A stretch of DNA of 64,000 nt from assembly GCA_020833055.1 (NCBI GenBank), contig JAJHQZ010000001.1, forward strand, positions 301,141 to 365,140. The letters are read 5' to 3'. The notes beneath the pieces were generated by a model. The model saw only the letters and a program-made list of their open reading frames with translations, ran no database searches and was not told where the DNA came from. Of this stretch, positions 26,123-35,399 are shown piece after piece. Source of the DNA: Candidatus Korarchaeum sp. (lineage in GTDB: Archaea > Korarchaeota > Korarchaeia > Korarchaeales > Korarchaeaceae). Numbering within the stretch: the stretch's first letter is position 1; each line of letters starts with the position of its first letter. The position numbers were made by a program, and so were the translations under genes.

Positions 26123-27121
26123 ATGCCAAGGAGACACGGCTCTCTGCAGTACTACCCTAGGAAGAGAGCAGCTACTCAGAAGGCTCTATTCAGATCTTAC
26201 CCGGAACTCTCGGTTGATAAGCCGACTTTAGTAGCCTTCCCAGGATACAAGGTCGGTATGGTGCACGTCTTACTGAAGGAGGACAGGCCAGGTAAACTGA
26301 ACTTCGGTCAGCAGATAACTCTAGCTTCTACTGTGATAGAGACCCCTCCTATTGAGGTAGTGGGTTTCAGGGCTTATAAAGAGGATTACTACGGTCTCAA
26401 ACCTCTAGTTACCGCAGTGAGGATAGAGAAGAAGGATCCTATATCGAGGCTCTTGACGATAGGCGATGGTGTGGATAACTTTAATGAAGCTCTCCCTAAG
26501 CTTGAAGTTGCTAAAGTGAGTGAGATCAGGATACTATCATACACTAGGCCGGATCTAGCCGGTATCCATAAGAAGAAACCTGAGTTCATGGAGATACCAG
26601 TTAAGGGAGGGGAAATGGAGGAGAGGATAGAGTTCGCTAAGTCGCTAGTCGGCTCCCAGCTGAAGGTAGATAGTGTCTTCAAAGTAGGCCAGCTCGTCGA
26701 TGTGACTGCTGTGACTAAGGGGCACGGTTGGCAGGGGGTCGTGAGGAGGTTCGGGGTAGAGTTGTTGAGGCATAAGGCTGGGAAGGGGAGATGGAGAGTT
26801 GGAAGCCTGGGCTCGAGGCACCCACCTTACGTCACTTGGAGAGTACCGAGAGCTGGGCAGACGGGTTATCAGAAGAGGACAGAGTACAACAAGAGGATAC
26901 TGATGATTGGAGATCTGACTAGAGGCGATATAGACATATCCCCAAGGGGAGGCTTCAAGAATTACGGTATATTGAGGAGCCAATACCTATTGCTATCTGG
27001 CTCCGTCCCAGGACCGGCAAAGCGTTTCGTCTTCATAAGACATCCAATAAGGCCTAAGTACGCCGAATTACCTGCTCCAGAGATATACTACGTGAGCTCG
27101 GTCGGGTGGCTTAGGAGGTGA
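26123..27121 (+). CDS. rpl3: 50S ribosomal protein L3
   Basis: PRRHGSLQYYPRKRA, F.GYK.GM, VTKGHGWQGVV.RFG and PRAGQ.GY..RTEYNK. ATG 26123. Confidence 0.97.
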   Translation: MPRRHGSLQYYPRKRAATQKALFRSYPELSVDKPTLVAFPGYKVGMVHVLLKEDRPGKLNFGQQITLASTVIETPPIEVVGFRAYKEDYYGLKPLVTAVRIEKKDPISRLLTIGDGVDNFNEALPKLEVAKVSEIRILSYTRPDLAGIHKKKPEFMEIPVKGGEMEERIEFAKSLVGSQLKVDSVFKVGQLVDVTAVTKGHGWQGVVRRFGVELLRHKAGKGRWRVGSLGSRHPPYVTWRVPRAGQTGYQKRTEYNKRILMIGDLTRGDIDISPRGGFKNYGILRSQYLLLSGSVPGPAKRFVFIRHPIRPKYAELPAPEIYYVSSVGWLRR

Positions 27122-27126
27122 ATCTA

Positions 27127-27915
27127 ATGGAGGTCCCAATTTATAACTTGAATGGGGAGGTCATCGGGAGTATAGAGCTACCTCCATTGTTCGAACTGGA
27201 CGTTAGGGAGGATGTAATAAGGAGAGTCTATCTATCGCAGCTGACAGCTAGGATACAACCTCAGGGCAGGGATCCTCTAGCCGGCCTCAGGACCTCAGCT
27301 GAGTCCTTAGGTGCTGGTCACGGTATAGCTAGAGTGCCTAGAGTGAAGGGGAGGGGCTATCCAGCAGCGGGCAGAGCTGCTAGAGCTGTCATGGCTGTAG
27401 GAGGGGCTAAGACGAAGGCCCCCAGATCTTGGAAAGTCATATGGGAGAGGGTCAATAGGAAGGAGAGGAGGCTCGCTATAGGGAGCGCTATAGCAGCTAC
27501 TAGCCATCCAGAACTCGTCAGAGCGAGGCACAGGATACCTGAAGGGATCGCTTTGCCTATCGTAGTATCCGATGATATAGAATCGATAAGGAAGACCTCT
27601 GAGCTCTACAAATTGCTCGAGAGGTTGGGTCTCGGGGAGGAGCTAGAGAGGTGCAAGAGGAGGTTCAGGAAGATTAGAGCTGGGAGGGGGAAGATGAGGG
27701 GAAGAGTCAGGCAGAGGGCGAGAGGGCCCCTGATAATATACTTGAGGGAGGACTCTCCCCTGAAGCTGGCGTATAGAAACATACCTGGGGTAGATGCCGT
27801 TTCCGTGAGGAACCTGAGTGTGATGCACTTAGCTCCCGGAGGGAAGCCGGGGAGACTGACTATATGGAGCGAATCCTCAATAAGAGCTCTAGAGGAGGTG
27901 AGGATCATTGCCTAA
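27127..27915 (+). CDS. rpl4: 50S ribosomal protein L4
   Basis: QPQGRDP.AG.RTSAES.G.G.G.ARVPR, KVN.KE-like segment and LAPGG.PGRLTIW. Confidence 0.97.
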   Translation: MEVPIYNLNGEVIGSIELPPLFELDVREDVIRRVYLSQLTARIQPQGRDPLAGLRTSAESLGAGHGIARVPRVKGRGYPAAGRAARAVMAVGGAKTKAPRSWKVIWERVNRKERRLAIGSAIAATSHPELVRARHRIPEGIALPIVVSDDIESIRKTSELYKLLERLGLGEELERCKRRFRKIRAGRGKMRGRVRQRARGPLIIYLREDSPLKLAYRNIPGVDAVSVRNLSVMHLAPGGKPGRLTIWSESSIRALEEVRIIA

Positions 27916-28183
27916 GTTTTTCGATCCATTTAAAATACTAAAAGCTCCTATATCCACTGAGAAGGTAGTCAGAATGATAAATGAGGAGAATAAACTGGCC
28001 TTCTATGTAGATATCAAAGCGAGTAAGTCCGATATAAAGAGGGCAGTCGAGGAAGCATTTGACGTGAAAGTAGTGAGCGTAAGGACCTTAATAACACCCA
28101 CCGGAAGGAAGAAGGCATATGTGAAGCTATCACCTGAGTTCAAAGCATCAGATGTTGCCTCGAAGCTCGGGGTAATAGGGTGA
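27908..28183 (+). CDS. rpl23: 50S ribosomal protein L23
   Basis: TEK, N.L.F.V, K..IK.AVE..F.VKV and KKAYV.L. Confidence 0.97.
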   Translation: MPKFFDPFKILKAPISTEKVVRMINEENKLAFYVDIKASKSDIKRAVEEAFDVKVVSVRTLITPTGRKKAYVKLSPEFKASDVASKLGVIG

Positions 28184-28187
28184 GAGT

Positions 28188-28925
28188 GTGGGTAAGAGGA
28201 TCTTAGTTCAGAGGAAGGGGAGAGGGGGTATTCAGTTCAGATCTAAGGATCACTTGAAGATAGCTCCAGTTCGCTACCCTCAGGACGGGATGGATAATCT
28301 ACTTAGGGGCGTAATAAAGGAGATACTGCATGAGCCGGGCAGGCATACCCCCATATCACTCGTGGAACTTGAGAACGGACAGAAGTTCTATTACATACCT
28401 CCGGAGGGGGTTTATGAGGGTCAGGAGATTCAGATAGGCAAGGGGGCCGAGGTAAGGACGGGTAACATACTGCCTCTATCCGAGATACCTGATGGTAGTC
28501 TCGTCTGTAACGTTGAGATAAGACCTGGAGATGGTGGGAAGATCGCTAGGAGGAGCGGGACTTACGCAATAGTTTTCTCCCATGAGGGAGATAAGGTAAT
28601 ACTTAGGTTACCCTCTAGGAAGGAGAAGATAGTTGATGCGAGGTGCAGAGCAACAATAGGCATAGTAGCTGGCAGCGGGAGGATAGAGAAACCGTTCATG
28701 AAGGCCGGTACCAAGTACTACCACGAGAGGACTCATCCGAAGAGGTGGCCAGTGGTGAGAGGAGTAGCGATGAATCCCGTATCCCATCCGCATGGAGGGG
28801 GATCGCATAAGAGACCTGGGAAGCCGACTACAGTCGCTAGAACGGCTCCTCCTGGTCAGAAAGTTGGTCATATAGCTGCTAGAAAGACCGGAAGGGCTAA
28901 GAGGAGGGTGACGACTCAGAGGTAA
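28188..28925 (+). CDS. rpl2: 50S ribosomal protein L2
   Basis: MGKRI..QR.GRG, HEPGR, PGDGGK..R and VRGVAMNPV.HPHGGG. Confidence 0.97.
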   Translation: MGKRILVQRKGRGGIQFRSKDHLKIAPVRYPQDGMDNLLRGVIKEILHEPGRHTPISLVELENGQKFYYIPPEGVYEGQEIQIGKGAEVRTGNILPLSEIPDGSLVCNVEIRPGDGGKIARRSGTYAIVFSHEGDKVILRLPSRKEKIVDARCRATIGIVAGSGRIEKPFMKAGTKYYHERTHPKRWPVVRGVAMNPVSHPHGGGSHKRPGKPTTVARTAPPGQKVGHIAARKTGRAKRRVTTQR

Positions 28926-28955
28926 AATTATATTTCATGGAGGGAAGATCTCTAG

Positions 28956-29354
28956 ATGTCCTCTAGGGAGTTCAGATACCGTGGGTATACGCTGGAGCAA
29001 CTCCAAGCGATGACATTGGATGAGCTAGCTAATGTCATGCCAGCTAGGATAAGGAGGACGCTGAGGAGAGGGCTTTCCATCGAGAACAAGAAATTCCTAG
29101 ATAAGATCAGGAGATACAAAGCCATGGGGATTGATAAAGTTATAAGGACACATAGGAGGGATATGCCCGTATTACCTGAGATGGTGGGCTCTAAGATAGC
29201 GGTCCATAACGGGAAGGACTTCGTTGAGATCACGATAGTTCCTGAGATGATAGGGCATTATCTCGGTGAGTTCGCGATGACAAACAAGATAGTGAAGCAT
29301 GGGAAACCGGGTAAGGGAGCTACGAGATCTAGCAAGTTCGTACCTCTTAAGTAA
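28956..29354 (+). CDS. rps19: 30S ribosomal protein S19
   Basis: [35 protein letters not shown] and [11 protein letters not shown]. Confidence 0.97.
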   Translation: MSSREFRYRGYTLEQLQAMTLDELANVMPARIRRTLRRGLSIENKKFLDKIRRYKAMGIDKVIRTHRRDMPVLPEMVGSKIAVHNGKDFVEITIVPEMIGHYLGEFAMTNKIVKHGKPGKGATRSSKFVPLK

Positions 29355-29356
29355 TT

Positions 29357-29443
29357 GCCGGGGTGGCCGAGATCGGACCAAGGTGCCCGCCTTGAGAGCG
29401 GGTGGCCCTCCGGGCCGCGAGGGTTCAAATCCCTCCCCCGGCG
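29357..29443 (+). tRNA. tRNA-Ser(TGA), long variable arm, no intron
   Basis: GCCGGGGTGGCCGAG...CCCGC-CTTGAGA-GCGGG...GGTTCAAATCCCTCCCCCGGCG. Confidence 0.95.
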
Positions 29444-29464
29444 CTCATTTTATTTTGATTTAAG

Positions 29465-29590
29465 ATAGACATCCTCCCTGCTCTAAAGCGAGTTCCTACT
29501 ATTGCGGGGAGTTCGGGCTATATCCCCTCTTCCCGAGTTTTTAGCCCGGGCCGGTCGGTTCGTCAGCTACTATCAGGACCTTCATCATGC
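29465..29590 (-). ncRNA. Candidate structured small RNA with 5' box C/D-like motifs (unconfirmed)
   Basis: Minus-strand BRE/TATA (GTGAAA-TTTAAATATA, 29627-29612) about 23 nt before ATGATGA, then CTGA twice and GC-rich stems. No plausible long ORF. Confidence 0.3.
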
Positions 29591-29666
29591 CTCGCATAAT
29601 AAACTTGTAACTATATTTAAATTTCACTCAATATCTCTTGAGAATTTAAAAAGAAATACTGAAGTT

Positions 29667-29978
29667 TCACATCAGAACGATACTTATCTTGACATCCTCC
29701 GGGAGCGTTATACCCATTATACTCCTTATATATCTCTCATCCGGGTTCGGGATGTCGATTATCCTCTTGTGGATCCTCAGCTCATATTTATCGTATCTAT
29801 TAGTCCCCTCCCCCGATGGGTTCCTGAGGGCCGTCACTCTGAGCCTCTTCGTGGGTAGGGGTATGGGCCCCTTAACCCTTATCCCCATCTTATCAGCTAT
29901 CTCCTTGAACATCCTGCTCACTCTCTCTAAGCTCTCCGGATTCACGCTCACTAACTCTATCCTCAGGACTTCAGTCAT
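29667..29978 (-). CDS. rps10: 30S ribosomal protein S10
   Basis: RI.L.S, GPIPLPTK.L, GEGT...D.YELRIHKR.IDI. Confidence 0.97.
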   Translation of the reverse strand: MTEVLRIELVSVNPESLERVSRMFKEIADKMGIRVKGPIPLPTKRLRVTALRNPSGEGTNRYDKYELRIHKRIIDIPNPDERYIRSIMGITLPEDVKISIVLM

Positions 29979-30006
29979 TGAGATCACCTAAAAAAGGAGG
30001 GGGTGT

Positions 30007-31278
30007 TCATTTCTTCTTCCTCTCCAGCGGGACTACGTCAAGTACTATGCCAGCAGCCACTGTTATCCCCATATCTCTAACGGCGAACCTCCCGAGGGGC
30101 GGGAACTCGCTGTACTTCTCTATCACGAAAGGTTTAATAGGCTCGAACCTCACTATAGCGGCATCTCCCCTCTTTATGAAGCTAGGTTTCTCCTCGAGGA
30201 CCTGGCCTGTCCTCGGATCTATCTTCTTCTCTATAGAGACCATCTTGCAGGCCATGTGACCTGTGTGCGCATGGACTACTGGGGTGTAACCTGGGGCTAT
30301 CGCTGTCGGGTGTTGTAGCACGACTATCTGAGCTGTGAACTCCTTAGCAACTGTCGGCGGGTTGTTCGGGTGGCCTATGACATCTCCTCTCTTTATCTCC
30401 TTCTTATCTATCCCCTTTATGTTTATACCTATATTATCACCTGGTTCGGCTTTTTCGAGCCTCTCATGGTGCATCTCTATGCTCTTCACTTCAGCCGTCT
30501 TACCCAACGGCTCTATTACTATCGTGTCCCCGGGCTTGAGGACGCCCGTCTCCACTCTACCGACTACTACAGTACCTACACCAGTTATCGAGAACACGTC
30601 TTGGATGGGGATCCTCAAGGGCTTATCTAGAGGCTTCGGTGGGGCGACGAATGTATCTAGGACCTCGTAAAGTGTCGGACCATTATACCAGGGCATATTA
30701 TTGCTCCTATTAACTACGTTATCTCCCAAGAGGCCGCTAGTCGGTACGAAGTATATCTTAGATGGATCATAACCGACTTTCCTGAGGAGATCTGAGACTT
30801 GTTCTTTTATCTCCTCATACCTCTCCTTCTTATAGCTTACTGTCGGGTCATCCATCTTATTTACAGCTACGGCCAGCTGGTTCACTCCCAAGGTCTTTAT
30901 CAGGAAGACGTGCTCTATCGTCTGGGCTTGAACCCCCTCCCCAGACTTAGCTGAGACGACTAGTATAGCTGCATCCGCTTGACTAGCCCCTGTTATCATG
31001 TTCTTAACGAAGTCCCTGTGTCCAGGGGCATCTATCACTGTGATCATCTTATGCGGGGTCTCCACTTTAGTGTGGAAGAGGTCTATGGTCATTCCCCTCT
31101 CTCGCTCCTCCTTGAGCCTATCGACGACCCAAGCGAATCTAGCGTCTCCAGCTAGATCCTCCGGAGGTAGCTCTTCTACGAGTTTTAAGTCGTAGAAGAG
31201 CCTACCGATTATTGTAGACTTCCCATGGTCCACATGGCCGACGAATATCAGGTTCACGTGTTCCTTCTCAGGCATCAT
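30007..31278 (-). CDS. tuf: Translation elongation factor EF-1alpha
   Basis: [43 protein letters not shown] and [10 protein letters not shown]. Confidence 0.98.
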   Translation of the reverse strand: MMPEKEHVNLIFVGHVDHGKSTIIGRLFYDLKLVEELPPEDLAGDARFAWVVDRLKEERERGMTIDLFHTKVETPHKMITVIDAPGHRDFVKNMITGASQADAAILVVSAKSGEGVQAQTIEHVFLIKTLGVNQLAVAVNKMDDPTVSYKKERYEEIKEQVSDLLRKVGYDPSKIYFVPTSGLLGDNVVNRSNNMPWYNGPTLYEVLDTFVAPPKPLDKPLRIPIQDVFSITGVGTVVVGRVETGVLKPGDTIVIEPLGKTAEVKSIEMHHERLEKAEPGDNIGINIKGIDKKEIKRGDVIGHPNNPPTVAKEFTAQIVVLQHPTAIAPGYTPVVHAHTGHMACKMVSIEKKIDPRTGQVLEEKPSFIKRGDAAIVRFEPIKPFVIEKYSEFPPLGRFAVRDMGITVAAGIVLDVVPLERKKK

Positions 31279-31627
31279 ATCACCCTATGAGTGACACCTG
31301 AAATTGGTGCATCGTGTATTTTTAAACCTAAATATCTCCGGGAGATCTCACTGGAGGTCGGTGCTCGAGATAGTGGTACGTATGGTAAAAATTATCAAAA
31401 AATTAGCGACTGTCTAAATATTTTATAGTTGCTGGTCGATATTAATGATAAAAATTCAATGAGTTACTAATAAATTTGCTTAATAGTAATGGGTATTTTA
31501 AATAATCAATAGAGAGGTTTATCTAAAATTTAGCACGTTAAACTGCACTTACTATTTAATATTTTTTGGATGAATATCTCTGATGTGTCGTGGGAGGTTT
31601 TTTAAGTTAATCAAGTAGTGCCGCTAG

Positions 31628-32068
31628 ATGCACGAAGAAGGTATCGTGAGGTATAAGGAAGCTACCGCTTGGTTACTGACCTTCCCCCCACTAATGGCTC
31701 TATTATCAAATATGCTGTCGCTCAATTTCTCGATATTTGATAAAGATACAGGTGCTAGGATAAGCATAATCCTTATGATGACAGCAATGTTCATATTCAT
31801 CATCGGTGATAGGTACATAAGGATACTGATCCCTCTCGAGGAGGGGCAAGTACATCATATGGTTAGGCTCTATAGGAAAGCTGCTATCCTCCTAGGGGTA
31901 GTCATACCTACGCTGGGCCTCCTCTCAGCATTAGCTGTAGGATACCCTGACTCCCCACTGACATCCCTCTCTTTCACAGCTATATCCCTGAGCGGGTTGG
32001 GTTCCGCTTGGAAGAGATTCTACGATAAGCTCACCGGAAAAATAATAGTGGAGAGGACTAAAAGCTAA
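31628..32068 (+). CDS. Hypothetical membrane protein (about 4 TM)
   Basis: 146-aa ORF with four hydrophobic segments and host-like codon usage. Confidence 0.6.
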   Translation: MHEEGIVRYKEATAWLLTFPPLMALLSNMLSLNFSIFDKDTGARISIILMMTAMFIFIIGDRYIRILIPLEEGQVHHMVRLYRKAAILLGVVIPTLGLLSALAVGYPDSPLTSLSFTAISLSGLGSAWKRFYDKLTGKIIVERTKS

Positions 32069-32071
32069 AAC

Positions 32072-33412
32072 TTAGGATAAAGCGTTTATTATCTCATTCA
32101 ATAACTTCCTCGCTTCCTCCTCATCCCTCCCCTCAACTAGGACCCTTATCTTATGCTCCGTTTTAGAGAGCCTAACTAAAGCCCATAGATCATCGGAAAT
32201 CAACCCGATACCATCGAGGAAATCTAAATTCATTCCTCTCTCTTCCCCAATTTTGATTAAAATCCTTTCCACTTCTTTCCATTCCTTCTCCAATGGGAGA
32301 TTCCTCCTCATCGTATGGTACTTGGGGAAATCTCCGATAATATCGCTCAAACTCCTCCCTCTAGTAGCCATTAGTTCCAATATGAGGGCCGCTGCTAAAG
32401 GACCATCTCTACCTAGGTGGAAATCGGGGAGTATCACGCCCCCGCAGCTCCCCTCACCACCGACAGTAGCCCCTACCTCCTTCATCTTATGCGTCACATA
32501 AGCCTCTCCGACGGGGGTTCTGTAGATCTCAGCACCCCTCCTCATCGCTATATGATCGAAGATCCTGGATGATGCCGCGTTCACGACCAGTTTCCCACCG
32601 CCCTTCCTCTCGAGTATATAATCGACGACGAGCGCTAGCGTAACATCTTCAGGCATGACCTCCCCTCTCTCCGTTACTATAGTTAGTCTGTCAGCATCCG
32701 TATCATGAGCGAAGCCCAGATCCGATCCAGTGGCTACTACGATCTTAGAGAGGTCCTCTAGGGTATCTGGTCTCGGCTCCAATTCCCTCACGAATATCCC
32801 AGGGGCTGAGTTTATAGTTAACGTCTTGACACCCAGTTCGTTGAGGAGATAGGGGGTTACATAAGCCCCAGCTCCACCGTTAACATCTAAGCAGACCTTC
32901 AACTTATACCCTCTGACTCTCTCAATATTCACGAACTTGAGGAGGTCCTCCAAGTAGTCCTCTGTAGCGTCATATTGCTCCTCCTTTCCCATCTCGTTCC
33001 AGGGCACTGATTCAAATCTTCCCTTCTCGAACTCAGATCTGAGGAGCTCCATCTCATCAGGGTGGAGGAGGATACCTTCTCTCCCTAATAACTTCAATGC
33101 GTTCCACTCAGGCGGATTGTGGCTCCCAGATATCACTATGCCTCCATCCGCATTGTACTTAGCTGTGGCCCATTCTATCGTAGGTGTTGGAGCTACCCCT
33201 ATGTTGAGCACGTTCACACCAGCTGAGAGGAGCCCTGAGATAACTGCTCTCTCAATAGCTTCTCCACTTGGTCTCGTATCCCTTCCGACGACTACTAGAG
33301 ATCCCTTCCCCAATCTCCTCCCGAAGATATTGGCTATCAACATGGAAGTGTGAGCATCGAAGCCCCTGCCCACGATACCCCTTATCCCTAAGGGAGTGAA
33401 GATGAGGCTCAT
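32072..33412 (-). CDS. glmM: Phosphoglucosamine mutase / phosphomannomutase (alpha-D-phosphohexomutase)
   Basis: GIRG, GRDTR, ISGSHNP (phosphoserine loop), DTDADR (metal loop), GGEGS.G and R.S.TE..IRV.VE. Confidence 0.9.
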   Translation of the reverse strand: MSLIFTPLGIRGIVGRGFDAHTSMLIANIFGRRLGKGSLVVVGRDTRPSGEAIERAVISGLLSAGVNVLNIGVAPTPTIEWATAKYNADGGIVISGSHNPPEWNALKLLGREGILLHPDEMELLRSEFEKGRFESVPWNEMGKEEQYDATEDYLEDLLKFVNIERVRGYKLKVCLDVNGGAGAYVTPYLLNELGVKTLTINSAPGIFVRELEPRPDTLEDLSKIVVATGSDLGFAHDTDADRLTIVTERGEVMPEDVTLALVVDYILERKGGGKLVVNAASSRIFDHIAMRRGAEIYRTPVGEAYVTHKMKEVGATVGGEGSCGGVILPDFHLGRDGPLAAALILELMATRGRSLSDIIGDFPKYHTMRRNLPLEKEWKEVERILIKIGEERGMNLDFLDGIGLISDDLWALVRLSKTEHKIRVLVEGRDEEEARKLLNEIINALS

Positions 33413-35391
33413 ACCCCATCCCCCGAATCCTCGGGAAGTTGAGTGACCCTCTCAAAATCCCCCGATCTCAGGTAAGATCTCATAACCGGGAGTATCACAG
33501 CTAGTATTATCAGAACGCCTAGTGGTCCTGAGATAGGGGAGAGGGGGCTGGATCTCACGATCAAAACTACGCTAGTACCTATCGCATTCAGGACACCGCC
33601 TATCGCGAAACCTGCGAAGAAGGGAACTGCTCTATCTTGGAGGAATTTTTCACCCCCATATCTCTCAGCTAAGAACCTCAATAGACTAGTTAGCATGTAT
33701 AGAGCAGCGTATCCCGGGAGTAAGAGCCCAAGAAGAATACCTATGGCACCTATGCCAAATATAGGGAAGATTCCCTTCACTATGAATGGGATCGCACCTA
33801 TTAGAAATCCCTCGATGAAGTAAATCGGATCCCACCCTTCTAGCTGGTTCATCACAGTGAGGAGTCCCTCCTCTGGATAAGTCGTTACTGCCATCTCCAG
33901 GGGCTTCTTAGCGGCTCCCCATATGTGAAATGAGAGGAGAAGGAGTAAGGAACCTGCTAAAGCTCCGAAGACTATCCCGAAGACTTGAGCCCTGAAAATA
34001 GTCTTAGCCTTTATATTGAGCTCTGATGAGAGCTTGAACCCCTCAGCTGAAGCTGTAGGTTGAGCCGATATGGAGTCAGTCACCATAGCATTAGCGGCTC
34101 CTGAGAAGAAGGTATCTGAAGATGCTCTACTGAAGAAGCCGGAGGAGAAGAATATCTGATCCAAGATACCCCTTATCCCTAGATTGATCGGTACTATCCA
34201 GTTGCTCATCCCGAGGGTCCATATGTAGCCCTGCCAGTAAATTGATTGAAGTATCAGGATAGCTAAAGCTATCGCGGGACTCATCCCCAGGATCGATAGG
34301 AGAAATATGCTAAAGATGAAGGTAAGGGCCCATCCTACGAGGAGCCACTTCCTCGAGAGGGGCTCATCGTCCCACCCCCTGAAGTTCCTCGCTATATACT
34401 TAGCTCCTACGAGGATGGGGATTAGACCTACGGCGACGTAGACCCCTGTGCTGAGATGGTACCATGGCAAAGGGCCATTGAAAGCGGCATTTGATGAATA
34501 GAATGAGAAATCGTGACCGCTCTCATAGGGAAGGAGTCCCATCCTCACTAAGATCGGGGGTATGAGTAAGTATGCGACTATAGCAGTAATCCATATCGAT
34601 ACCTGTATCCCCAATGGTATCAGGAAGGACCACGCAATTAGATCCGGTGTTATCTGAGTCCCCTGGTCCATACCGAAGGCCCCTCCAGGGAAGGAGCTCT
34701 GGAGGTAGGGAGTGAGATCGAACCTCAGGTCCGCTGTTGGGAACTCCTCCCATATAGCTTCCAAGAGATGCCCTCTCTGGAAGAGACTAATTATGAAACC
34801 TGATAATATTCCAATGTATAGTATTTTTAGTTTAATTCCTCTTTCTTTCAATATTTTTGAAAATTTTGCGGCGACAGTAGCGACGGGGAAGACTAACTTC
34901 TCCCTCTCTATGTAGAATCTCCTCAACGGTATCACGTTGAAGTAAGAGAAGAGAGTCAGGATAATCGCGAAGAGGACTACATAAGTTAGTGGAAGGATCC
35001 AGGCTCCCCAGTTTATACTGCCGCCCAGGAGGAGGCTCCTCATAGCGTCCTCATCCCTCGGCACTAGAAAGCTGGGGAGGATCTGCCTCAGTGGGAAGTC
35101 CTTGGAGAGGCCTGCGATAGCCCAGGATGGGAGTATGTACTGCCAACCTATGAAGAGGACTGTCATCACCTCAACAGAACCGAATATGACTCCCATCTCC
35201 CCGAAGGACAGGGGCTTCTTGCTCATACTTGAAAGGGCATATGAGATAGCTAATATGACGAGAGCAGCTTCCCCAGTCCAGCTGTAGCCACCGGCCCCCC
35301 TTATCACAGTCTGACCGAAGAGTATGAGGAGACCGAACGCTATAGAGAGGAGCAGAGCCCTTGGAGTGAATGCCCTCTCATCCTGTTCCAA
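33409..35391 (-). CDS. Polytopic membrane protein, OPT-superfamily / DUF6785-like transporter
   Basis: About 16 hydrophobic segments. RAFTPRALLL.. at the start, and W.AW..PL...R....E.EKL.FP resembles DUF6785/OPT-related proteins (recalled). Confidence 0.55.
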   Translation of the reverse strand: MEQDERAFTPRALLLSIAFGLLILFGQTVIRGAGGYSWTGEAALVILAISYALSSMSKKPLSFGEMGVIFGSVEVMTVLFIGWQYILPSWAIAGLSKDFPLRQILPSFLVPRDEDAMRSLLLGGSINWGAWILPLTYVVLFAIILTLFSYFNVIPLRRFYIEREKLVFPVATVAAKFSKILKERGIKLKILYIGILSGFIISLFQRGHLLEAIWEEFPTADLRFDLTPYLQSSFPGGAFGMDQGTQITPDLIAWSFLIPLGIQVSIWITAIVAYLLIPPILVRMGLLPYESGHDFSFYSSNAAFNGPLPWYHLSTGVYVAVGLIPILVGAKYIARNFRGWDDEPLSRKWLLVGWALTFIFSIFLLSILGMSPAIALAILILQSIYWQGYIWTLGMSNWIVPINLGIRGILDQIFFSSGFFSRASSDTFFSGAANAMVTDSISAQPTASAEGFKLSSELNIKAKTIFRAQVFGIVFGALAGSLLLLLSFHIWGAAKKPLEMAVTTYPEEGLLTVMNQLEGWDPIYFIEGFLIGAIPFIVKGIFPIFGIGAIGILLGLLLPGYAALYMLTSLLRFLAERYGGEKFLQDRAVPFFAGFAIGGVLNAIGTSVVLIVRSSPLSPISGPLGVLIILAVILPVMRSYLRSGDFERVTQLPEDSGDGV

Positions 35392-35399
35392 GGGATCAC

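Noticed and set aside
3154-29443. tRNA introns, split or permuted tRNAs, C8 editing
   Set aside because: All four tRNAs fold as continuous cloverleaves with 7-nt anticodon loops and T at position 8.
29502-29858. 118-aa plus-strand ORF spanning the tRNA-Ser/rps10 gap
   Set aside because: It overlaps rps10 antisense for more than half its length, has no recognisable motif and has atypical composition.
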